Assembly: GCF_964355755.1 (NCBI RefSeq)
Contig: NC_092673.1
Span: forward strand, 16,611,548-16,675,547
DNA from: Antedon mediterranea
Taxonomy: Eukaryota > Animalia > Echinodermata
DNA length: 64,000 nucleotides
Reading direction: 5' to 3'
Shown: in pieces, positions 12,383-23,043 of the stretch
Layout of the letters: each line of letters starts with the position of its first letter
Numbering within the stretch: position 1 is the first letter of the stretch
Made by a program: the position numbers and the translations under genes
The notes under the pieces: model-generated
The model's input: only the letters and a program-made list of their open reading frames with translations
The model's database searches: none
Told to the model about the DNA's origin: nothing

Positions 12383-13520
12383 TCAATGGATTCGTTGTTT
12401 TTTCTTAATATTGCCGCATTGAGGAAGACGCTTTCGTTTTGTCAGTTGTTGGCGCATCTCATCACGCAAAGTATCGGCCATCGAAAGCAAACTGTCTTGA
12501 AACGTAGAAACCATATTGGTTTCTCGTTTTTGCATATTTTCTATTACTTGTTGATATTTGATTTCTCTTTCTTCCGATTTGGTGATGTGATTTTGGAATT
12601 CTATCAACATGTTATTGAATTGTGTTTGTAAAGTACTCAATTTGGTTTCTGTTTCACGTAAATCTTGGCGTGCCTGCTCCAATAGGCTTACGAGTTGTTG
12701 AATGCCAATGTTAGATGAGGGTAGATTATTTACATCACTAATAAAACTTCTCGTTGATGGATACTTGTCCATTAGAGAATCTTTTAAGATTCGTTTTCGT
12801 TTGTACTCACATTTTTCTTTTAATACCGTCATTTGATCTGATATCTGAAGAATGTTTATTATGGCAGTCCAATCACTGCTTGCATGTGATTCCATCGCTC
12901 GTCCAACAAATCTAGCAAATAGTGTTTTGTTGATTGAATTGGTTTTGGCAATATTCGCAATGGCGGTGGCAACACCATTCTTTTTCTCCGATGCGCACGG
13001 TGTGGAAAAGGCACCGTGCAAAGTTATGGGATACTTCATGTCCGCACCGCAGTGATAGGTTCTTTTTTCTTGTTTATGCAATAACAATATACGGTTGTTG
13101 TTGGTCACCGTAATTTGCAACTCTTCCAGTTTACCGTTGTCCAATTCGTTTTCCAGGGTCAACTCTAGTCAACTCTAGTCGCATGCGTCGTTTTACAGTT
13201 ATCGGCATGATGGCGGCCGTATGATTGCGTTAGTGTATGTTCAGATCCATCGCAGAAAGCAATTAGTTTACCGAGACTGCCTCGAACATTTATCATCGTG
13301 TTTGCCTTTGTTGATTCTTGCGGCGTCGGTGGTGGTGGTGGTGATGGGTGTGGTTGTTGTTCTTATGCTATATCATCTTCTTGTTGGTACTCCATGAAAA
13401 CTGGTTCGACCCGGTCGAACCAGTTTTCAATTCCAACATTGCCCTCTTTAATATGTCGTCGTCTGTTGAATTGAACGCTAATAGGTTTTCTAAAAACATG
13501 TCCATATCGCAATGATCCAT
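12383..13520 (-). pseudogene. Disrupted duplicate of the 524-aa gene
   Basis: 458-bp deletion between CCGTAT microhomologies (copy-1 positions 5918 and 6376), 10-bp tandem duplication AACTCTAGTC at 13161-13180, and a frameshifting palindrome at 13395-13429. Confidence 0.9.
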
Positions 13521-13745
13521 GATGACTACTGACGAATGCACGGTGAGCGAGTTAACGTATATATAGACCCAAACAGCCAATCAACGTCCAGCTTGAATAA
13601 GCGGTGTTGACTACCATTTGAAGATGATGCGTTGTTTTTTTGTTGTTTTTTTTGTTCACGCTGCTGTTTTTCGTAATGCAATAAGAGTATCGATTAGAGT
13701 GTATTTGTGTACGTGTACATTGGAGAGAAAGAGAATGCTTTTGTC

Positions 13746-14148
13746 ATGCAATCTGTTTCCCGTATAGTGGCGAGAAGACCTAACAATTACCTGATTTCAG
13801 CTATACTCGTGACTTTATTATGCTGTATTCCATTCGGTATTATAGGAATCGTGTACAGCGTAGATGTAAGTAATCTATTTCCTCTACAACCTCATCCCAT
13901 CACCACTTTTTTTTAAATTTTTTTAATCTATTTTAGTTTCTATTCTTTTACTTTTACAGAGTTCGAGAAAGTTCGACTACGGTGACAGTGAGGGTGCAGC
14001 CAGATCAGCACGATCGGCAAAGAGATGGTCTATTGCAGGATTGCTGTTTGGAATCATCATCATCGTCGTCGTTTGCATCATATGGACCTTGAACTCAAGT
14101 CTACCTAATCATTCCACTCACCCTCCTTCGTTACAAGACATCATGTGA
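13746..14148 (+). CDS. Second intact copy of the CD225/dispanin gene (exons 13746-13865, 13960-14148)
   Basis: Appears identical to 6894-7296 by eye, with the same splice sites. Confidence 0.88.
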
Positions 14149-15719
14149 TTCAAGCGAGAGGCAGTTGAAAACATTTGTATTTGATAATACATATATAACA
14201 GCGTTGTTGTTGTTGAATGATTATGTTTTTTTTTTTTTCAAAAATAAATAATATGTGCATATAAATAATTTTTTTCTGTCTTGCATTTTGGTACACGCAT
14301 TGTAATAATGTAATGATTTTGTTGTGGTAGTTTTTTTTTTCTAAAGAATTATCGAACGAATGCTAAATGACCAAGTTTAATGCGTTTACAATAAAATACA
14401 TGCACTGTCCTTGGTGCGTGGGTATTGAAGAATAGTTTTGTCATAAAACTGTTAAAGATCATTTCATACATCGAATGAATGCAATTGTCTTAAACGGCAA
14501 GTTAGATATTATAACGCGCCTCCTATAATGCGCACCTTTGGCAACTGTATCGGTATTGAAAATGTTTTGGCATCGTTTGCCATCGTATAATGAACCTTGG
14601 TATCAAGTTCTAAACCAATTTCAACTCACCCTCCTTCGTTAAAAGATTATCATGTGATTGAGAGCGGTAGAGGTAATGAATTACTATTTCCTAATTTTAT
14701 ATACTGTAACATCTAAATGAACATTCTAGAATGTGTTTAGATTTTAAGAAACCGTGTATAATAATTATTATAAAAACATTCCAAAAGTATCTATTATTTT
14801 TGTTCTAAAGAATTATCGAACGAATGATTGATGATGACCAAGTTGAATGCGTTTACAATAAGAGATATACACTGTCCTCCTTTGTGCTGGGTGTATTGAA
14901 GAATAATTTTCTCATAAAACGGTTAAAGGGTCATTTCATATATCGACCAAATGCAAACGGGTACCAGTTTTCTGTCTCTTTTTTGTTCTAAAGAATTATC
15001 GATGACAGATGACCAAGTTGAATGCGTTTACAATAACAGCCACGCACTGTCCTCTTTGGTGCGCGTGTATTGAAGAATAATTTTCTCATAAAACTGTTAA
15101 AAGGGTCATTTCATACATCCAATGAATGCAAACGGGTACCAGTTTTCTGTCTCTTTTTTGTTCTAAACAATGATGACAGATGACCAAGTTGAAAGCGTTT
15201 ACAATAAGAGACATGCATTGTCCATTGGTGCGGGAGTATTGAAGAATGGTTTTGTCATACAACTGTTAAAGGGTCATTTCATACATCGAACCAATGCAAT
15301 TGTCTTAAACGGCAAGTTAGATAATATATCTCGCCTATAATGCGTGCCTCTGTCACTCGGTATTGAATATGTTTAACCGTCATCATAAAATTTTCCAACA
15401 TTATACAGTAACATGTACATGGACATTCTAGAATGTGTTTAGATTTTAAGAAACCGTGTATAATAATTATTATAAGAACAATCAGAAACATTCCAAAAGT
15501 ATGATTAGAAACTGTAATACCAATAGAGTAAGAAGTATCATCTAAAAGGTTACGAACATATCGTATACAAGAAGAGGGAACGGGTAGTGTTCTCTCTCCG
15601 TTTGGGTGAACTGAATGCTTGAAAACATTGACTCGCGCTGTTTCCTGAAGTATGCTATCATTAGAAACTGTAATCGAATAGAATAAGAAGTATGATCTGG
15701 AAAGTTATAAACATTATTG

Positions 15720-18700
15720 TATATATACAACAGGCGACGAATGCACGGCATGTTATGCCTCTTATTGATTGCACGACCTTATCAGTTCATTCGGTAAAGA
15801 GACGGTGTATGTATCTACATGAACATTCTAGAATAAGAGTGTGTTTGGATTTAAGAAACCATGTATAATAATTATACAACACGCGATGAATGCACGGCAT
15901 GTTATGCATGTTACTGATTGCGCGGCCTTCCTTATCAGCTCGATTGGTAAGGAGACGGTGTATTGCTTCTTCTCGAAGTAAAAAAAAAAAAAAGATTTTC
16001 ATCCGTTCTCTCGATATACAACCCACGACAAATGCACGGCATGTTATGCCTCTTATTGATTGCACGACCTTATCAGTTAGTTCGGTAAAGAGACGGTGTA
16101 TGTATCTACATGAACATTCTAGAATAAGAGTGTTTTTGGATTTAAGAAACCATGTATAATAATTATACAACACGCGATGAATGCACGGCATGTTATGCCT
16201 GTTACTGATTGCGCGGCCTTATCAGCTCATTCGGTAAAGAGACGGTGTATTGCTTCTTCTCGAAGTAAAAAAAAAAAAAAAATATTTTCATTTGTTCTCT
16301 CGATATACAACACACGACGAATGCACGGCATGTTATGCCTCTTATTGATTGCACGACCTTATCAGTTCATTCGGTAAAGAGACGGTGTATGTATCTACAT
16401 GAACATTCTAGAATAAGAGTGTGTTTGGATTTAAGAAACCATGTATAATAATTATACAACACGCGATGAATGCACGGCATGTTATGCCTGTTACTGATTG
16501 CGCGGCCTTATCAGCTCATTCGGTAAAGAGACGGTGTATTGCTTATTCTCGAAGTAAACAATATTTTCATTTGTTCTCTCGATATACAACACACGACGAA
16601 TGCACGGCATGTTATGCCTGTTACTGATTGCGCGACCGTATCAACTCGATCGGTAAAGAGAGGGTGTATTGCTTCTTCTCGAAGTAAACAATATTTTCAT
16701 TTGTTCTCTCGGTATTCAACACGCGATGAATGCACGGCATGTTATGCCTCTTATTGATTGCACGACCGTATCAGTTCATTCGGTAAAGAGACGGTGTATG
16801 TATCTACATGAACATTCTAGAATAAGAGTGTGTTTGGATTTAAGAAACCATGTAGGCCTATAATAATTAATATAAGAACAATCAGGACCATTCCTGAAGT
16901 ATGCTATCATTAGAAACTGTAATCGAATAGAATAAGAAGTTTGATCTGGAAAGTTATAAACATTATTGTATATATACAACAGGCGACGAATGCACGGCAT
17001 GTTATGCCTCTTATTGATTGCACGATCGACCTTATCAGTTCATTCGGTAAAGAGACGGTGTATGTATCTACATGAACATTCTAGAATAAGAGTGTGTTTG
17101 TATTTAAGAAACCATGTATAATAATTATACAACACGCGATGAATGCACGGCATGTTATGCCTGTTATTCATTGCGCGACCGTATCAACTCGATCGGAAAA
17201 GAGACGGTGTATTGCTTATTCTGGAAGTAAAAAAAAAAATATTTTCATTTGTTCTCTCGGTATACAACACGCGATGAATGCACGGCATGTTATGCCTCTT
17301 ATTGATTGCACGACCGTATCAGTTAGTTCGGTAAAGAGACGGTGTATGTATCTACATGAACATTCTAGAATAAGAGTGTGTTTGGATTTAAGAAACCATG
17401 TATAATAATTATACAACACGCGATGAATGCACGGCATGTTATGCCTGTTATTCATTGCGCGACCGTATCAACTCGATCGGTAAAGAGACGGTGTATTGCT
17501 TATTCTCGAAGTAAAAAAAAAAATGTTCATTTGTTCTCTCGATATACAACCCACGACAAATGCACGGCATGTTATGCCTCTTATTGATTGCACGACCTTA
17601 TCAGTTAGTTCGGTAAGGAGACGGTATATGTATCTACATGAACATTCTAGAATAAGAGTGTGTTTGGATTTAAGAAACCATGTATAATAATTATACAACA
17701 CGCGATGAATGCACGGCATGTTATGCCTGTTACAGATTGCGCGGCCTTATCAGCTCATTCGGTAAAGAGACGGTGTATTGCTTATTCTCGAAGTAAACAA
17801 TATTTTCATTTGTTCTCTCGATATACAACACACGACGAATGCACGGCATGTTATGCCTGTTACTGATTGCGCGACCGTATCAACTCGATCGGTAAAGAGA
17901 GGGTGTATTGCTTCTTCTCGAAGTAAACAATATTTTCATTTGTTCTCTCGGTATTCAACACGCGATGAATGCACGGCATGTTATGCCTCTTATTGATTGC
18001 ACGACCGTATCAGTTCATTCGGTAAAGAGACGGTGTATGTATCTACATGAACATTCTAGAATAAGAGTGTGTTTGGATTTAAGAAACCATGTATAATAAT
18101 TATACAACACGCGATGAATGCACGGCATGTTATGCATGTTACTGATTGCGCGGCCTTATCAGCTCATTCGGTAAAGAGACGGTGTATTGCTTATTCTCGA
18201 AGTAAAAAAAAAAAAGATTTTCATCCGTTCTCTCGATATACAACCCACGACAAATGCACGGCATGTTATACCTCTTATTGATTGCACGACCTTATCAGTT
18301 CATTCGGTAAAGAGACGGTGTATGTATCTACATGAACATTCTAGAATAAGAGTGTGTTTGGATTTAAGAAACCATGTATAATAATTATACAACACGCGAT
18401 GAATGCACGGCATGTTATGCATGTTACTGATTGCGCGACCGTATCAACTCGATCGGTAAAGAGACGGTGTTATTGCTTATTCTCGAAGTAAAAAAAAAAA
18501 TATTTTCATTTGTTCTCTCGGTATACAACACGCGATGAATGCACGGCATGTTATACCTCTTATTGATTGCACAACCGTATCAACTCGATCGGTAAAGAGA
18601 CGGTGTATGTATCTACATGAACATTCTGGAATAAGAGTGTGTTTGGATTTAAGAAACCATGTATAATAATTATACAACACGCGATGAATGCACGGCATGT

Positions 18701-21470
18701 TATGCCTGTTACTGATTGCGCGGCCTTATCAGCTCATTCGGTAAAGAGACGGTGTATTGCTTCTTCTCGAAGTAAAAAAAAAAAAAAAGATTTTCATCCG
18801 TTCTCTCGATATACAACACACGACGAATGCACGGCATGTTATGCCTCTTATTGATTACACGACCTTATCAGTTCATTCGGTAAAGAGACGGTGTATGTAT
18901 CTACATGAACATTCTAGAATAAGAGTGTGTTTGGATTTAAGAAACCATGTATAATAATTATACAACACGCGATGAATGCACGGCATGTTATGCCTGTTAC
19001 TGATTGCGCGGCCTTATCAGCTCATCCGGTAATGAGACGGTGTATTGCTTCTTCTCGAAGTAAAAAAAAAAAAAGATTTTCATCCGTTCTCTCGATATAC
19101 AACAGGCGACGAATGCACGGCATGTTATGCCTCTTATTGATTGCACGACCTTATCAGTTCGTTCGGTAAAGAGACGGTGTATGTATCTACATGAACATTC
19201 TAGAATAAGAGTGTGTTTGGATTTAAGAAACCATGTATAATAATTATACAACACGCGATGAATGCACGGCATGTTATGCATGTTACTGATTGCGCGGCCT
19301 TCCTTATCAGTTCCATTGGCAAGGAGACGGTGTATTGCTTTTTCTCGAAGTAAAAAAAAAAAAAAGATTTTCATCCGTTCTCTCGATATACAATACACGA
19401 CAAATGCACGGCATGTTATGCCTCTTATTGATTACACGACCTTATCAGTTCATTCGGTAAAGAGACGGTGTATGTATCTACATGAACATTCTAGAATAAG
19501 AGTGTGTTTGGATTTAAGAAACCATGTATAATAATTATACAACACGCGATGAATGCACGGCATGTTATGCCTGTTACTGATTGCACGGCCTTATCAGCTC
19601 ATTCGGTAAAGAGACGGTGTATTGCTTATTCTCGAAGTAAACAATATTTTCATTTGTTCTCTCGATATACAACAGGCGACGAATGCACGGCATGTTATGC
19701 CTCTTATTGATTGCACGACCTTATCAGTTCATTCGGTAAAGAGACGGTGTATGTATCTACATGAACATTCTAGAATAAGAGTGTGTTTGGATTTAAGAAA
19801 CCATGTATAATAATTATACAACACGCGATGAATGCACGGCATGTTATGCATGTTACTGATTGCGCGGCCTTCCTTATCAGCTCCATTGGTAAGGAGACGG
19901 TGTATTGCTTCTTCTCGAAGTAAAAAAAAAAAAAAAAAATATTTTCATCCGTTCTCTCGATATACAACACATGACGTATGCACGGCATGTTATGCCTCTT
20001 ATTGATTGCACGACCTTATCAGTTAGTTCGGTAAAGAGACGGTGTATGTATCTACATGAACATTATAGAATAAGAGTGTGTTTGGATTTAAGAAACCATG
20101 TATAGGCCTAATAATTATACAACACGCGATGAATGCACGGCATGTTATGCCTGTTACTGATTGCACGGCCTTATCAATTCGATCGGTAAAGAGACGGTGT
20201 ATTGCTTATTCTCGAAGTAAACAATATTTTCATTTGTTCTCTCGGTATACAACACGCGATGAATGCACGGCATGTTATGCCTCTTATTGATTGCACGACC
20301 GTATCAACTCGATCGGTAAAGAGACGGTGTATGTATCTACATGAACATTCTAGAATAAGAGTGTGTTTGGATTTAAGAAACCATGTAGGCCTATAATAAT
20401 TAATATAAGAACAATCAGGACCATTCCTGAAGTATGCTATCATTAGAAACTGTAATCGAATAGAATAAGAAGTATGATCTGGAAAGTTATAAACATTATT
20501 GTATATATACAACAGGCGACGAATGCACGGCATGTTATGCCTCTTATTGATTGCACGACCTTATCAGTTCATTCGGTAAAGAGACGGTGTATGTATCTAC
20601 ATGAACATTCTAGAATAAGAGTGTGTTTGGTTTTAAGAAACCATGTCTAATAATTATACAACACGCGATGAATGCACGGCATGTTATGCATGTTACTGAT
20701 TGCGCGGCCTTCCTTATCAGCTCCATTGGTAAGGAGACGGTGTATTGCTTCTTCTCGAAGTAAAAAAAAAAAAAAGATTTTCATCCGTTCTCTCGATATA
20801 CAATCCACGACAAATGCACGGCATGTTATGCCTCTTATTGATTGCACGACCTTATCAGTTCATTCGGTAAAGAGACGGTGTATGTATCTACATGAACATT
20901 CTAGAATAAGAGTGTGTTTGGATTTAAGAAACCATGTATAATAATTATACAACACGCGATGAATGCACGGCATGTTATGCCTGTTACTGATTGCGCGGCC
21001 TTATCAGCTCGATCGGTAAAGAGACGGTGTGTTGCTTATTCTCGAAGTAAACAATATTTTCATTTGTTCTCTCGATATACAACACACGACGAATGCACGG
21101 CATGTTATGCCTGTTACTGATTGCACGACCTTATCAGCTCATTCGGTAAAGAGACGGTGTATTGCTTATTCTCGAAGTAAACAATATTTTCATTTGTTCT
21201 CTCGATATACAACGCACGACGAATGCACGGCATGTTATGCCTCTTATTGATTGCACGACCTTATCAGTTCATTCGGTAAAGAGACGGTGTATGTATTTAC
21301 ATGAACATTCTAGAATAAGAGTGTGTTTGGATTTAAGAAACCATGTATAATAATTAATATAAGAACAATCAGGATCATTCCTGAAGTATGCTATCATTAG
21401 AAACTGTAATCGAATAGAAAAAGAAGTATGATCTGGAAAGTTATAAACGTTATTGTATATAAGGGGGAAA
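15720..21470. repeat. Higher-order tandem array of 38 units: constant core of about 85 bp plus alternative tails (A 149 bp, B 130 bp, B' 133-146 bp, occasional C insert)
   Basis: 38 occurrences of ATGCACGGCATGTTAT counted from 15741 to 21223; 19 A-type units mostly alternate with B/B'. Stray units lie at about 8779, 8926, 10776, 10909 and 11057. Confidence 0.95.
15820..21315. promoter_or_regulatory. Multimerised heat-shock elements (nGAAnnTTCnnGAAn) within the satellite
   Basis: tGAAcaTTCtaGAAt in A tails (18 of 19 intact, one as TTCtgGAA) and TTCtcGAA in B tails; matches the HSF consensus. Function is inferred. Confidence 0.6.
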
Positions 21471-21797
21471 TATGTTCTCTCTTTTTGAAAACATTGACGC
21501 ACGCTGTCATTAGGCGTCAAAGTAAAGCTTTTATTTTTTTTTCTAAAACATTATCGAACGAATTCTAGATGGCCAAGTTGCTTGCGCGCTATCCTTCTTG
21601 TTGTGAACGTGAACTTTTAGAAACGAAATTTTTTTACAATAACAGTACACGTTGTTCTCGGTTAAAGTTGTTTTCTTTTTTTAATAAACTCTTTTCAAAA
21701 CAAAACTAATATAGATCGTCGAATGCTATGATTTATTATTGAAGAAACGTACTCTACCGTACACCTTTTATAAATACGAATGCTATAGTTTTGACTT

Positions 21798-22421
21798 TCA
21801 TTGCCATAGACTGATTTTGTTTTTTAAGTCGATTCTTCCACTTTTTTCCAATGCATTCATTAATGATTGCAGTTTGTCTGATTTTTGGCAGCATGAATCT
21901 CTCTTGCGCCATATAACAAGCATTTCTTGATTACGTTCCCGACTACAAATGTAATGAGCCTGACGTAAATCTTGTTGTTGAGCGAGTGAAATTCCTAAAT
22001 ATGTTGCTATCATTGACCAATCATTGCCCAGCTCTCTTGCCAACTCGGAAATACGCAGATCTGTGAGTGGTCCAAAGTCTTCACCTGAAACACACACAAA
22101 AAAAAATTAAAAAAAATAAGCTATTATAAATTTTTTATTTATTTATTTTTTTAAATTTTTTAATTTTTGTCATTTCTCAAGAATCATAATACCTTCGGTG
22201 AGCGTTTCACTCTGATCGTTGTTTTCATACACTATCTTTAATTCATCGTTGAAATGCGCTGACCGAGCACGTTTCAATGCTGAATATGACTCCTCGGCAA
22301 CATGCCTTTTAAAATTGTTCAACTTGGCATCAAAACCATCAGATACCTGGTTAATGTACAAGTTTTTGGCTTTAGACGTAGCATACCCCTGGTCTCCAAT
22401 TAAGCCCTGTTCTGAATCCAT
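21798..22421 (-). CDS. Death-domain protein, 171 aa, two exons (22421-22193, 22084-21798)
   Basis: Donor GAAG|GTATT and acceptor TTTCAG|GTGAA join in phase 1; 516 nt in total. C-terminal death domain LARELGNDWSMIATYLGIS...EMLVIWR...LMNALEKSGRIDL. Confidence 0.85.
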
Positions 22422-22446
22422 AACCAAACTTATGAAACGTGTGTGG

Positions 22447-22477
<31 letters not shown>

Positions 22478-22657
22478 CAAATTAATAATACACCAGCTGC
22501 ACAGGCTCATTTACATAACATAGCGGTCATCACAAACGCAAATCCTAGACCGGAACCGTACAAACGGGATTGTTGACAGAGAATCATTCCGGTACTATAA
22601 ATTGATGTGCGTATAAACGAGAAAGTCACTTCAAAAAAAGAAATATTGTTGAACAAG

Positions 22658-22990
22658 ATGTTAAAGAGAAACGGTGGTTTTGATGTTGATAAATTGATCG
22701 TTTTGGCCAAAAATTATTTGGAAAACGAGGAAAAAGTTGAACGTGAATATCCGGAAACATTTAGCAACGCAGAATTGAAAACTGAAATCAAGAATCAAGT
22801 TGATAAGGTGAAATGTCGCAGCGCCAAGTCATTACACGATCTGCTCGTGGGCATGTTTGAAGACGGCCACGTGAATGAGGGCCGCATTATTGTCACACTT
22901 CACGTTGCACGTGAATTTGCTAGTTCCAGTAAAAACAAGGAGGAATATTCTGAAACGTTAACCACATTTCTTAAGCAGTTATTGAAGTGA
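22658..22990 (+). CDS. Bcl-2-like protein, about 110 aa, no TM tail
   Basis: BH1-like MFEDGHVNEGRIIVTLHVAREF (compare LFxDGxNWGRIV); helical sequence; first ATG at 22658. Confidence 0.7.
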   Translation: MLKRNGGFDVDKLIVLAKNYLENEEKVEREYPETFSNAELKTEIKNQVDKVKCRSAKSLHDLLVGMFEDGHVNEGRIIVTLHVAREFASSSKNKEEYSETLTTFLKQLLK

Positions 22991-23043
22991 GTAATATTAG
23001 CGATCATATTGTGTGTGTGCGTGCGTGTTGCTGTAGTATTGCG

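Larger units (their letters stand above)
8970..15910 (+). repeat. Tandem segmental duplications of the roughly 3.8-8.9 kb block: partial copy about 8970-11095, near-full copy about 11100-15910
   Basis: Identical ORF-track peptides at 9124/11255 (offset 2131) and 6855/13707 (offset 6852). Each copy starts with the right half of R2, whose TIR ends at 9770 and 11901. Confidence 0.9.

Noticed and set aside
15895-15912. p53 response element (GGCATGTTATGCATGTT)
   Set aside because: The CATG cores are 9 bp apart rather than 10, and only some units have the second core.
15720-21470. CRISPR-like repeat/spacer array
   Set aside because: The constant part is about 85 bp and the 'spacers' are only 2-3 recurring types. 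There are no cas genes and the context is eukaryotic.
15542-21520. Dozens of 60-130 aa ORFs in the array
   Set aside because: They are translations of repeat units on both strands, and poly-A length changes shift frames freely.
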